Source: Guillardia theta CCMP2712 (lineage: Eukaryota; Protista; Cryptophyta). From it: a stretch of 64,000 bases of DNA. Every line of letters begins with the position of its first letter. Positions within the stretch are counted from its first letter, which is position 1. The position numbers and the translations under genes are program-made. The notes beneath the pieces are model-generated. The model worked only from the letters and a program-made list of their open reading frames with translations, was not told the origin of the DNA and made no database searches. The DNA is taken from contig NW_005434599.1 in assembly GCF_000315625.1 (NCBI RefSeq), positions 68,846 through 132,845 on the forward strand, written 5' to 3'. This document shows positions 16,767-29,791 of the stretch, in pieces.

Positions 16767-18028
16767 GCATGAAGACTGGGCTACTGCGACTGAGGGACAG
16801 CATCTACAAGCGATCGGTAGCTCTACTCTCACTCAAGGAGAATCGTTGTCGTGTGGTGCAGAGCTCAAGGTCACTGCAAGAGGCTGCAAGGAACAAGCCC
16901 CACGAGGAGAGGAGCGCTTCGACATCTCGAGGAGAAGGCGCGTCAAAGGGCATCATCTGTCAACGCTGTGTACGTGTACACGGTGTATGTGTATGTGGTC
17001 CCGGTACGTCAACGTAGGTTTGCGAACTGAATGAACATTAGTGAAGGGCCTTGATGTGTATCAGGCAGTCTGACCAGCGGAGTTTATCAGTGTTAAAGCC
17101 AGTAGGAGCACGTACTTGCCCACTTGCGTCGGAGAGGCACTAGTGACACGAGCCCGACTGTCCTTGCAGTGGGCCAGAAACTAGACTGACGTAGTACTGA
17201 CACATACATCGTACCACACGCAGAACCATCAAAGCTGCCCTCGTACAGAAGATCAGATTGACCTTCCGGCGTCCTCTTCTTGAAGGGATAATAATCATGT
17301 TCCTTGACAGTCACATGGCCCGCCAACCGTGCGGCGAAGCACGTGACTTCGGATCCAGACTCTGAGGGGCCTGGTGTCCTCGAGACTCCAGTCGCCACTA
17401 ACAAATCCAACCGAGTGGCCGCCCTGCCACCTGATCATGCCACTGAGCCGTCCCGGCGTCCGGTAGCAGACTGGATCCGGCGACAGCCCGGCCTCTTGAG
17501 GGCGATGATCCGCCGATGGGGATGACCTGAGCATTTGGATGACTGGTTTTTGGTTTTTCCGGGCTTGAGACAAGTGTACCTCAGTTCTTGAGATACCCCG
17601 TGGCACATCTCGCGGGCGCAAGATACCATGTCGGCTGACGGTGTACTGACTTGGCTGAAATCTCCTCGCGCGAGCCTGTTTGAGAGTTGAGATCCGGATC
17701 CGATCTCGCGTCTGACAATAATATCTCCCCTATGCCCCAGATACCGGGTGCCCTATGTAGGTGTATCTCATATAAACCTCCCGCATTAAATAACCTCCCC
17801 CGAAAGTACAAAGCAGTCGCCCTCCCCCTGAACCGCTTCCATCCTCTCGACTGCTGCTCGCCTCCTCCCTCTCTACTGCTTGCTTTCCGATAGCCCTCCT
17901 GTCCTGTGTCCTTTGTCCTGTCCTCTCATTGACCCGCTTCTTCTCCACAGTCCGTGTCTTGTCGCGTCTCCGCCGTGCAGCCTTCAACGCTTGTTGTCAC
18001 CTGCTTTGCTTGCTTGTCAATCGCAGGC

Positions 18029-18679
18029 ATGGACCAACCTGCCATGAGCGCTTGGGACCACCTGCCTGAGTACATGTCGCCGTCAACCAATCCTTTAAGC
18101 GCCAACCCCTTTCAGACTGTCGAGTCCGCCAGCACGATCCGCTGTCCTCTCAAACTCAGCAGGAATGCTGACACCACCCGCACCAGGAAGCTCACGGCAG
18201 ACGCTGCCGTCCGCATCTTCAAAGAGCGAGTATCGCTCGAGGCCAAGAGTAAGTTCGCAGAAAGCGAGGTAGTAGGGAAATGTTATGGGGTGAGCCCAAA
18301 GACCGTGCGAGACATCTGGGACAGAAAGTCATGGGCACGACACACGGAGTCGTTGGTTGCCAAGCATGAGCAAGTGCCAGCAAGGTAAGAGGTCAGGGAC
18401 GACACGCAGGTCCAAGGAGTGGCGTGCGACGGGAGCGAGCAGCTCGAATCACAAGTCAGCCTACCCCCCCTCGCATGCTCTACAGATTTCCCATTCTTTG
18501 ACAGCATGGAGGATGCGATGGTTGGGGCGCCCAGCCCTGAGACAACAGCATCGCCCATGCCAAGTGAGTATGACAGTGAGGACCTGAGGTGGGAGATGGA
18601 ATGTTCGGAGGAGGCTGGCTTCGTCTCACATGACTTGAGCGATTGGTGTTTAGACCCGTGGGCGGCCGGTATCGACTAG
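18029..18679 (+). pseudogene. HTH-motif family gene, copy 2 (216 codons, single in-frame TAA at 18386)
   Basis: ORFs 17954-18388 and 18419-18679 are in the same frame. The TAA corresponds to CAA (Gln) in copy 1. Confidence 0.7.
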
Positions 18680-19733
18680 GCATGTCACAGCTCGTAGCAA
18701 CCCAAGCTCTCTTCAGATGAAGACTGGGCTACTGCGACTGAGGGACAGCATCTACAAGCGATCGGTAGCTCTACTCTCACTCAAGGAGAATCGTTGTCGT
18801 GTGGTGCAGAGCTCAAGGTCACTGCAAGAGGCTGCAAGGAACAAGCCCCACGAGGAGAGGAGCGCTTCGACATCTCGAGGAGAAGGCGCGTCAAAGGGCA
18901 TCAGCCTGATCTGTCAACGCTGTGCACGTGTACACGGTGTATGTGTATGTGCAGTAACGGTACATCACGGTGCCTCAACGTAGGTTTGCGAACTGAATGA
19001 ACATTAGTGAAGGGCCTTGATGTGTATCAGGCAGTCTGACCAGCGGAGTTTATCAGTGTTAAAGCCAGTAGGAGCACGTACTTGCCCACTTGCGTCGGAG
19101 AGGCACTAGTGACACGAGCCCGACCGTCCTGTCCTAACTAGACCGTGGCTGACATAGTAGCGACCGTGCACCGTGACGGTGACATACATCCGATACCGGT
19201 ATCGCGGCGGCCACATGCGGCAGAACAACGGGGGCCGGCGAAGATCAGAGTCAGATTGACTGCCACCGGAACTGAGTTCTTCACGGATGATACGATCATG
19301 TTACTTGACAGCATTGCCAACCGTGAACCGCCGATGATTGGCCGCCTGCACTGCCGCCTGATCATGGCGCGGCCCTTGAGAGAACGGAAGTTACTGATTT
19401 TGGGCTTGACTCGCGGTAGTAAGTTTGTGAAAGACTCGAATCTTGTCGGAAGGATTCCGAAGTTTAGTTAGCTTGAGAAATAAAAAAATTCTTCGACAAG
19501 ATTCTTGGCACGCTGTTGAGACTGAGCCGGCCCCCGAATCATCGGCTCCGACGGCGGCGGGCCTGGCGGGGCTGGCCGGGCCCGGCCCCCCGGGCCAGGT
19601 CACCCGGGAGCCTCGGAGTGCAGCCGGGCCCGGGGAGCCCGGCGGCCACCGGCGGGTCAGTGACCGCCGCGGGAGCTGCCTGGTCCGGTGGGTGAGCGGG
19701 GATGTGGGTGTCAAAAGGTGCACGTCAGCCGCG

Positions 19734-22606
19734 ATGGGTGGCGGTGGGAACACAACGATGGGGATGAGGAGGAGGAGGAGGAGCGATGGGGAGAGGGCGG
19801 GAGCTATGATGCTAGCTCTGTGCTTCCTAGCTATGGCTGTGCATGCACAAGAACTGCCTCTTGATGGCGATGGCTTGCACTCGAACAATGTTCTGTCGTT
19901 CAACCCGTCAAAGGATCCGCTGGGAGACGTGGACACGTACAGGATGATATCCTCAGGAGATGTGGAGGGAGAGTGGTCCAAGGACGATGGCAGAAACATC
20001 ACAGAGAAGATGAAGGAGCTGATGACTTTCGGGAGCATTGTTCATGTCGATGTCAAGCTGGTTGGATTCGATGGTGATGGAAACTACGACGTGAATGTGA
20101 ACGAAGCTGATTTCCTCCGCTACTTCGAGACCGTCTTGGAAGAGCATGAGAAGGAGGCCATGGTCTTGAATGCACGCGCAGGGGCTCCCCACAGCCTTCC
20201 AATCAGGCGCAAGTTCTTCTTCCGCGTAATGAAGGCCAAAAAGAGTTTAAATGAGGACCTGGCGAGCAGGATACGTTCCTGGATCGTGACGGAGATGAAG
20301 GACGAAGACAGGGAGCGAGTCATCAAGAACGGATCTCCTGTGCCCGTCTCCATCGTTGATGACGTCATTCGCAAGGATTACTTGGAATCAGACCCATCCC
20401 AGACCCATACCATCTACATCCTGAACCCGAAGAAGGTTTCTGCCCCTCCTAAGAAGGAAGAGGCTTCCAAGGCCGTAGAGGCGCACGACCCCGATCATCC
20501 TCCCTTCCATGAAGGCGACCTGCCGCACGAGCCTGATCCTGCATGGATGCATGCGGCGTCCGAGCCGGAGTACATTCCGTACTGGTATGACGGGGCTCTC
20601 AAAGGGGGTAGCTCTCCTGGGGAGCAGAAGCAAAAGTCAGCATGCGGGACGACGATGTGGGCAGGACTGGAGAGGTACATGTGGATCGACCTGACAGCAG
20701 GCCCGATCCTCTTCGGGCCTCACACCTCCGGGGAGGGCCTCGTGTCGGAGCTTTCGATCCCCAGGCTGGACAACTTTCAAGTGGAGAGCCTAGACTGGAA
20801 CGGAGGCCATCACTTCGCCTACATCCAAGAGTTCCTTGCCGAGCTAGTGTCCTTGGTCTGCAAGACCAGCGACCTGCTCATCGAGCCCTCCCTGCATCAC
20901 TTTCCTGTCCCGCTGGCCAAGAAGCTTCGCCTGCACCTCGTTCACATTACCAACGACCCCAAGGTCAGGACGCAGTACGCGGACGAGACGGGATTCCTCG
21001 ACGGGGTGCCGCAAGTGCGAGGGTGGGACAACATTAAGTCGCAGCTGGGGCATCTGGGAGGAAACATCGCCGTCCAAGGGCAGACGATCCTCTACAACCG
21101 CACGGTCGTTCAGCTCAATGACTGCAAGTTCTGCCTGGCGGCCTACGCCGCGTCCTTGAAGAGCCACACCAGCACAGTGTTTCGCGGGCAGCTGAAGACG
21201 CAGGTGCACGAGTACCTGGACAGCAAGGAGCTGCACGAGCAGCTGCTCAACTTCCTGAACAAAGAGGAGCTCGGCTTCGCTCAGGAGCTCGGGATCTTTG
21301 GGTGGGTTCCGACTCAGTTCCTTGACTTGGACTCAGCTTACAGGGAGCACTGGACGATCCCCATCTTCCTCTTCGACCTCCAGGACACGGCACTCATCCT
21401 CCTCGACCGCTTCCACCAGGCAGTGTCCTTCCCGGAGATGGTGATTGCCCTCCAGACCCGCTCTAGCCCGGCGACTGTTGACTTCTCCTGCGCCGACGAG
21501 ATGATCACGGTCGACCCTCGAGACGCGACTCGCCCAATGCTGGGAGCGCTCCTGCAGACAGGCTGGGGGGTCGCTCCCACCCACGAGCACTTCAGCGGGA
21601 AGAAGCAGCAGGCGGAGGTCAACTACATGTGGTCCGCTGCCGCCACCCCCTTCGGTCCGTTCTCTACCTCGGAGAAACTGACGTTCTCCCTCGTCGATGC
21701 TGCACGGAGGAATCTAGTCTTCTCCGCTCTTAACTTCTCGATCGCCCAGGTGATCCTTCGACCTTTCTCCGAGAAACTCTCTTTCTTCTCCCCTCATTGC
21801 TTCCTTCAACCTCTATCTTCACCTCATCACTCTTTCCTCAACTTTTGCTCTTCTTCTCATCTCTGCGTTTCCTCTCCCTCTCCTTTCAATAATCCGCTCC
21901 GTCGTGCTCTTCCATCCTTCATAACTTCCCTTCCTCACATCCTTGTATCGTCCAGGTCTCCTTGACCCTTGAGCAATTCTCGAAGTTCGGCAAGAACATG
22001 GAGGACGTGCTGCTGGTGACCTGATCCTGTCTTCTTGACACCCGATGATCCTCCTTCAGCCTAGCGAGCATGTTCACTTCGTCCGCCGATGGAACGTCTT
22101 GAAGTTCAAGATCCTCAGAACCTCCACCTACCTCTCGCTCTTGAACTTCAACACGGCTCTCTTCTACGCCAGAAGGTCAGCACTCCTCCATGCCAGCCGC
22201 ATGCTGAATCTCATCTTTGCGAAACAGCACAAGGCATGACGTGAAGGCGATAAGGAATACTGTGCTGCATGCCGGCAAGTTCGTTCACACTTACATCGGA
22301 TGCTTGCACGACGAGAAGGTAGTTCACTGCTCGACGCTTTACTTCTGATTGGTTCTCAGCCCTCCATCCTGGCATTTCTCGTCTACTTCTTCGCAGGAGC
22401 TGCTCTGCTGATCATGGCCTACGTCTTCCTGCACAATCTCCTTGCTAAGGTCTCTCCCTCCTCCTCTGCTTCTCCACTTTCTGCTACTCTCTTCCTTGCC
22501 GTCTCCACCTCCTCTTTCTCTCCCTCCCTCCCTCCCTCCTTCCCTCCCTCCCTCTCTGACTCACAACCTGCAGAGGTCGAAAGCTGCTTTCAAGAAGAAG
22601 TTGTAA
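19734..22606 (+). CDS. Signal-peptide, C-terminal TM protein resembling the conserved plant/protist family with the 'RYxWIDLxAGPxxYGP' motif (DUF7906-like)
   Basis: Signal peptide MMLALCFLAMAVHA and motif WAGLERYMWIDLTAGPILFGPHTSGEG. Later exons give HFVRRWNVLKFK, a TM segment ILAFLVYFFAGAALLIMAYVFL, and C-terminal FKKKL* (KKxx ER-retrieval-like). Confidence 0.75.
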
Positions 22607-22869
22607 GCAGTCAGACGAGGAAGCGAGACAACGTCTCCACGAATGGTTCCATCGTAGATCCCTGGCAAGGTGGAGGAGGACAGACTCTTGCTCGTTTCTG
22701 AGGAGGATGGATATGAGGTGCGGAGGTACCTCCTCCTCCTCGTCCTCAGAGCGTGTCAGCCACCGAGTGAGATCCAACGAGTGAGACCTCCTCTAATACA
22801 GGCGCGCACGGGACTGTCTCCTCAGTGTACATACAGATGTGAAGGATGAAATTCCTGTCATAAACTCTA

Positions 22870-23754
22870 CTTGTAACGTGTGACATGTAACATCTCCATT
22901 TCCATCATCTGCCGCGGCATCATGCGAAGGCGAGAAAGCTTTGCAGCAAGCAACAACCTGTTACAACCTTCTTGTATCTCCACATCTCTCACCTCCCGTG
23001 TTCATCCACTCACTAGCTCTCTCTTCACGCATCCGATAGACAGCATCGTCACAATACTGCTCTCCTCGCCTCTTTGCCCAATGAACACAGCATACCCAGC
23101 GTCACAAGATCGTTGCCAGCACATCCCACAGCGCTCTGTGCCCCAATCCTTTGCAAGCTAGAGACATTGACTTCTACCCGTCAACACAGCCAGTCTCATC
23201 AGTCTTCACCCGCAGCTCCAAACCATAACCCGTTGGACGATGGCTTCATGAATCATTTAGAATGTGATTTCATAAGGATTGTTATTAGCGTACAAGGACT
23301 TCATGGTCAAACCCTGTTTACCATCCATCGCAAGGGGCAACATCGGAGACCTGGGGGGCCAGGTGCTTGGCAACACAAGGAGAGGGCTGGTATACGTGAA
23401 TATCTTCGTTGTAAGTATTGTAGTTGAAATCTATGAATCAGTTAGCTCCCCCCTCTCCCCACCCCCCCCACCCGCCTCCTTCTCACCTGTCCAGGTGACG
23501 GTATATGGGCTCACAGGAGCTTCACGAGGATTGACTTCAGCAACCGACTCAAGCATCATCCTGGGGGCAAACGGGCGAGGAAGGAGAGTGAGGGAGGAGG
23601 TTGAAAGTCTTGGGCGAGAGAGAGACCCTCTTGAAGAGGAGAGCAGTGAAGCAGACGTCCGTGACCTTGTTGAGGAGGAGAGGAAGACGAGTAGAAGGAA
23701 CGCGGCGCCCCATGCGCATGCTGCGCCCAACCATACCGCCTTCCTTCCTGCCAT
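22870..23754 (-). CDS. Small signal-anchored, Cys-containing hypothetical protein (multi-exon; end approximate)
   Basis: N-terminus MAGRKAVWLGAACAWGAAFLLLVFL. It splices into DFNYNTYNEDIHVYQPSPCVAK... and WGTERCGMCWQRSCD exons. Confidence 0.5.
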
Positions 23755-25080
23755 TGGCCCAAGGGTCACAGACCACCTACCCCATTGAAATGAGGCAAAA
23801 GATGGGGTACGTATAACATTCCATGCTACCCACTGCTTTTCGACCAAATTGACCTAGTTGTGAGGGTAGGGGTGAAGAACATATGGTGGGGTTCATTTCC
23901 AGTAGAACACAGGGGTACTTCAGTAAGACAACCAGGGGTGCATTTGAGTGTGGATATTCAGGGTAGGGGTGGTATATACCCACCCCCATTTTCTGAATCA
24001 AGAAGTAGGGTAGTACCTCCAACGGAGGCGTAGAGCATGAACTCGGTACAAAAAGTTGGATTTTAATTCGCCTTTTACCAATAATATAATATTAACAAGT
24101 AGTATTTCAATATAAGTCATATAGAAATATAGTAACTCTTTCTAGACAAATTAGTAAGATTATTCTGTTTCTATTGGTTTTGTTCATTATTTAATTTTTA
24201 AAAGTCGTACAAATGATACCATTATTTGGTACTGTAGGAATTTGTGGTACAGATCCCTATTCTTGAGTTAGGTAGGACGGGTAGTGTATAGGAAGTAAAG
24301 ATTAGGGGTAGTACAGAACGAGGGGTAGAGGAGAGGAGAGCCGACGATGGTCGGAGAAGGATGAGGGTCAATGACGATGAGAGGAGAGGAGGAGGGAAAG
24401 GGAGGGAGGAAGATAACGAGAAAGGGGAGAGGATATGAGATGAGAGTAGAAGAGAGGAGGATGAAGAGGAGGATGAAGAGGAGGAGCGGATGAAGAGGAA
24501 AGAGGGAAAGAGAGTGAAAAGAAGTGGATTCCAGGAAACGAGGGGGCAGGGGTAAGCAGTCAGGAAGATGTACGATATTGATGCGAGTGGAGAACGACTG
24601 ACTGGAGGAGATGTCTACTGGAGAGGGAAAGAAAAGGAGAAGGGGGAAGATAGGAATAGGGTGAGGGAAGAGGCGCGGGCAAGGCATGGCGGGATGGGAT
24701 GTGGGATTGGAACATGTGCTGTGAAGCAGATGCGATGCAGCGAGTGCTGGAGATGAACTAGGAGAGAATAATGGCTGTGAATGTGGTGAATGAAGTAGCC
24801 AAAGCAAAGGGACAAGAAGAATGTATCATCTGAACAGGAAGCCATCACAGTTGGATAGGTTGAGACCTCTGGTGGGTCCTGTAGTTGGCTGTGGGGTCGA
24901 GGCTGTGGTGGATTCCTTGAAGCCGTTGTCAATCGTTGATACACCAATGAACATTGAAGAGAAAGAGAGTGGGAAGAAGAGTATTATTTTGGCAGGAGCG
25001 CGTTTTGTCGAACAGCCGCCACTTGTCTGTCAGCTTCTGACCTCTGGCTTGTTATCAACAGGTTTCTATCGTTGTGAAAC

Positions 25081-26431
25081 ATGAGTGGCCAAAAAGTTCT
25101 TCCCTCTCGAATGTGAGTGATTTTCATCAGCTTTTCAGGAAGGGCTCATGCATGTCTTGTAGGACATTTCAAACGACGAAGACCAGGCTCAAAGGCGCGA
25201 GCACTGGTCACAAGCTGCTCAAGAAGAAGTCAGATGCGTTGACAGTCAGGATTCGTCAGATTCTTAAACAAGTGCGCCTTGTTCTCGTCATTCGTCTCCT
25301 TATTCTTCCTCTTCCCTCCACCTCCTCCACCTCCTCCTCCCCCCCTTCCACCTCCCTCCTCCTGCTCCTGCTCCTGCTCTTCTTCCTCCTAGCTCAACGT
25401 GTTCTCATTGCCTTTGGTTGTGATTCCACACCTCAACAGATTGTGGAGAACAAGAACCTCATGGGAGCAGCTCTGAAAGAGGCGAACTTCTCTCTAGCTG
25501 GCGTGTACTACTCAGGCGGAGATGATATCAAGTATCAGATCCTCCAGAACGTCAGCAGCAAGGCTGGATCGAGGGTTGCGATGAAGGTGGATAACGTAGC
25601 AGGCGTGAAGATACCTGTCTTCGAGAAGAATGAAGGAGAGATGAAGTCAGCAGATCTAACGGGTGAGGATGATCTCCCTCGACAAGCCTCTGTTGACGCG
25701 CCCCTAGGTCTCGCACGAGGAGGGCAGAAGTTAGAAGAGAGCAGGACAAGGTGACTGGGAGGATGCTATAGAGGGAGGGAGGGAGGCTGATCTCTTTGTT
25801 TGCAGCTTCAAGAAGGCTCTGGATGCCCTCATCGTCTTGGCCTCCTTGCAAACTGCCTTCGTGGCCTTGGACGAGGTGCAGTGACGGACGGCGAGCTGAG
25901 CCCGCCTCGCAGCCTCACTCCCATCCTTCACAGGCCCAGAAGATCACCAATCGTCGTGTGAATGCCTTGGAGTATGTCGTTATCCCCCGTCTTGAGGTAG
26001 GAACTGCTCCTGCTCCTGCTCCTCCTCCTGATCCCGCTCTCTTCCATTTCCACATTGTACTCATCTTCTCCTGCTGAGAAAGTTGCAGGAAACGGTTCGT
26101 TACATCGCGACAGAGCTCGACGAGCTTGAGCGCGAGGAGTTCGTGAGGCTCAAGAAGGTTCAGGTGAGGACGAAAGTTAAGGCTAGGAGCGGCGGGAACG
26201 AGGAGGAGGAGGAGGAGGAGGAGGAGAGGAAGTGATAGCGCTGCAGGCCTACAAGAAGAAGCGCATTGAGGAAGAGGAGGAGAAGCTCAAGGAGCTCAAG
26301 TCTGCCGGAAAGGTTCGTGGAGGAAGAGGAGAGAGGAGGATGCTGGATGTGGCTGACGTGGATGTTAGTTGCCCGACGAGGTCCCCAGCCTGATCGGCAA
26401 GCCAGCAGATCCCGACGATCTCTTCTCATGA
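25081..26431 (+). CDS. ATP6V1D: V-type H+-ATPase V1 subunit D
   Basis: Spliced sequence MSGQKVLPSRM-TFQTTKTRLKGASTGHKLLKKKSDAL, DNVAGVKIPVF, GLARGGQ, KITNRRVNALEYVVIPRLE, ELDELEREEFVRLKKVQ, ending DPDDLFS*. Confidence 0.95.
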
Positions 26432-26545
26432 GGTGCCGGGGGGAAACGCGAGGGAAGCACGAGAGAGGACGTGTTGATCACAGTACAAGACGAGATCCTA
26501 GTCGCCTCTTGCTATCCCCGCGGCCTCTCCTCCTGCTCCACTCTT

Positions 26546-29500
26546 TCACACTTGACTCTCTTCGATGCGCTTGAAGGCTACTCCAGCTCCTCCTGCCTTC
26601 TTGAGCACCTCCAGCACTGCATCGAAGGAAAATGTTAGGAAGAGCGGTCAGAGAGGAAGGGGGAAAGGAGAGGAGAAGAGGGGGAGATGGGGAGAGGAAT
26701 GTAAGGAGGAGAAGACATCGAGGGAGGGAGCAAGGGAGGAGGAAGAGGAAGAGGAGTTACCCGATTGATACTCGACGATAAGAGATCTGTGCTTCTCGAT
26801 CATCTGCATCCCCGTCATCCTCCTCGAACGTCGATGGCTCCTCACCTTGTCCTTCTCCTTCATCTCCTCCTTGCAGGCCGTGAGCTGAGCTGCAGAGACA
26901 CTTAGCAGAAGAAACCAGAAGATCACGGATTGTAAGGAGAAGGTGCAGGAGGTCGGAGCAGGAAGGAAGAAAAAGTCCACAAGGAAACGAAAAGGAAGAG
27001 GAGAACGAGAGGGAGGGAGGGAGGGAGGAGGAGGAAGAGGAACGGGGGGAGGAGGAGGAGAGTCTACTGACTTGCAAGATTGTCTCGTTTGATCCTCCAC
27101 CTCTCCGAGGCGTCTTCGACTCGTCGGGTTTGAATCTTCAAGGACGTCAGTCAGGCCCGCCCCACCTGGTCTCGACAGACCCGCTGCTTCTCTTCTAGGT
27201 CGAGGATCAGACCGTTGAGCCGAAGAATCTCCTGAAAGAGCGAAGATGGTGAGACAGGATGACGATGACGATGACGATGATGGCAATGATGATCATGGCA
27301 AGAATGATGATTCAGGGAGAAGGACAAGGATGGGTATGGGGATGTTGTTGTTGAGGGGATGTTTACCTGCTCCTGATTCTTCTCTGTATGTCTCAGACCC
27401 TCGACAAGCTGCATAGCGCGATCGTTCTCCCTGCCGCGAGCGTCAGCACCCAAGGCAACGAAAGGGGCAGCATTCCTGCTTTGTTCCAGCGACAAGTTTT
27501 GGAAGGACAAAATCTTCACGGCAAGTTAGAGGAGCTACGAGAGGAGCGGAGGGTCTCGCCTGCTCCTGGAGCGTTACAATAAGCTCGTCCTTCTCCTTGC
27601 TCGTAATCTTCGTCCGCAGCCCGTCAGCCCTCCATCGGCCTCACCGTCAGCCGCACCTGCTCATGGTCCACCACGTTGCGGATCTCGGCGAGCTCCTTGA
27701 GCATGAGGTCTTGTCTGGACTTGAGCTCCTGTGCCGACATCACTGGAGCAGAAGAGGGGAGGAGGAGGAGGAGGAGGAGGCGGAGGAGGAGGAGAAGGAG
27801 GAGGAGGAGGAGGAGGAGGAGGAGGAGGAGGAGGAGGTGGTGGTGGTGGTGGTGGTGGTGGAGGAGGAGGACGGAACATTGCAACTCACCTCAATCTCCA
27901 TGTTCTTGAACTCCAGCTCGTCTTGCAATTCACAGATCTACCACAAGTTCGTCAAACCGGCAACTTGTTCACAGAACATCATCGTGTAGATCTGAGTAGA
28001 TCCTCGTCACCAGCATCTTCCCTCACCTTTTGCCCTTGTGTGGTCGTCACATCCTACTCAGAGAGTCAGACGCTCTGGAGATGCATCGGGAGCATCCAAC
28101 CTTGAAGTGAGAGTTTTGTTGCACATCGTTTGTGAGGTGTTGCAAATGTCCATCCTTCGCCTGATTGCACCCATGTCAAGACTAAGATTGATGTGCAAGA
28201 AGATTTAAGAGACGTCAATGCAAAACAATGCTCAACAATCTCTACTGGCATCATCATCGTCAACACCATCCCTCGTTTATCACTCACCTCAATGTCGGCA
28301 TACGCCCTATCGAGCTTTCCTTGGAGATCTGAAACGGAACAGCATAAGGAGGAGGAGGAGGAGGAGCCTTTCTCTCTCCCGGCTGACCTTTAAGACTTTC
28401 TTTCAGCTTCTCATTCTCCTGAGTCAGCCTAGCGATCTCCTGCAAGAATTTCTCAGCTTCCTGCCTACTGACGTTAGGTAGACCCACCGTGAAGGTGTCT
28501 TCTCCTCCTGGACCCTGCGACTTGGTCTTCTGGCAGCTGCATGTCACCACGAGCGCGAGGAGGAGGAGGAGGAGGAGGAGGAGGAGGAGGAGGAGGAGGA
28601 GGAGGAGGAGGAGGAGGAGGAGGAGGAGGAGGAGGAGGAGGAGGAGGAGGGNNNNNNNNNNNNNNNNNNNNNNNNNNNNNNNNNNNNNNNNNNNNNNNNN
28701 NNNNNNNNNNNNNNNNNNNNNNNNNNNNNNNNNNNNNNNNNNNNNNNNNNNTCATAGGGGGGGGGGGGAACCTTAAGCGGAATCACTAGGGTGGGGGGGG
28801 GGAGGAGGAGGAGGAGGAGGAGAAGTCAGGATAGGGGGAGAGACCGGTGTGCCCTCCTTGGCAGATGCTCCTTGCTTCTCCGCGTCTTTCTTGACCAGCC
28901 CCTGCTGGTCTTCGAGCTGCTTGTCTCGCATCTCAAGCTTAGGGATCGATCATTCACAGTCTCATCACGCACGTCAACCCGCATCACCTGCAACTTGGTC
29001 TTGAAGTACAACTCCCGCATGCCCGCCAGCTCATTCAGCTCTGCCTGCAGCCTTGCCACCTCCTGCTGGTCCACTCGCCTCGCCTGCTGACGTCGGAGGT
29101 TCTCGATCGTCTCGAGCGCTTCTCGACGCTGTTTGACAACCTCCTCCACCTGAGTTTGACATCAGACCGACAAGACAGCTCGAGCAACAACAACCATCTT
29201 CACGCTGTTCCACATCAACAAGCTCTGGTCGCTCGCAGGCCCGAGGGCCCGGGCGAGCACGTGGTCGCCGACTTCTCTGCCTTCGCAGAGGTCTTGGACG
29301 CACATCCAGGCCTCAGGCTTCACCTTCATGTACTCTTTCACATCATCCGCATGGAGTTTCTGCATCAAGGACGGGGGAAAGCTTGACAGTCCCTGGGAGG
29401 AAGGGACCGGGCGTCGCTTCCGATGGAAGTCATACTTGCTGCTCTTCTCTGCCATCCTCGTCACGTTCACGATCCTCCCTGGCTCCTGCCCTTGCGGTCG

Positions 29501-29791
29501 GACTTGCAGCGTCACGCTGGTCTGCTGCGGCCCGAAGAGCATGGAGGCAGCGTCGGGGACCGAGAGGATCGACGAGTCGAGCCCGTCCAGGAAGTCAATG
29601 ACGTCACCTGCCTCGATACCCTCAAGTTGTGCTGGGCTCTCAGGGTAGACCGAGCGGACGATGAGAGGGCTGGTCTCGTCCGTCTTGTAGAGCTCTACTC
29701 CGATGCCTGCCAACTTCTGGAAATCGTCGTCCTTTGGCATGGGTGCGCTGCCAAGAAGGTCTGAAGAGCTCACGAGCTGCGACTGCATCAT
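26546..29791 (-). CDS. PDZ-domain + coiled-coil protein (many short exons, spans a gap; may be two genes)
   Basis: PDZ: AGIGVELYK...LIVRSVYPESPAQLEGIEAGDVI...GPQQTSVTLQV. Downstream exons are E/K/Q-rich heptads. Start and end are approximate. Confidence 0.6.
28558..28751. repeat. (GGA)n microsatellite running into assembly gap 28652-28751
   Basis: Perfect GGA run followed by N. Confidence 0.95.

Larger units (their letters stand above)
14560..19410 (+). repeat. Tandem array of a ~1.83-1.85 kb unit: one internally deleted copy, two full copies and a degenerate right edge
   Basis: Anchor 'ccggcctcttgag...ggtttttccgggcttgag' occurs at ~14586, ~15661 and ~17488, with a degenerate version at ~19370. 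'gaagactgggctactgcgactgag' occurs at ~14894, ~16771 and ~18719. The ORF track shows the same peptides repeated. Confidence 0.95.

Noticed and set aside
14560-19410. Array as an LTR retrotransposon or DNA transposon
   Set aside because: No RT, integrase or transposase motifs, and no TIRs or TSDs recognised; units are head-to-tail.
24268-24807. 179 aa L/P/S/F-rich ORF
   Set aside because: Translation of a purine-rich low-complexity intergenic tract.
27624-28789. Poly-P/G/R/E ORFs
   Set aside because: Translations of intronic GGA/GGT microsatellites and N gaps.
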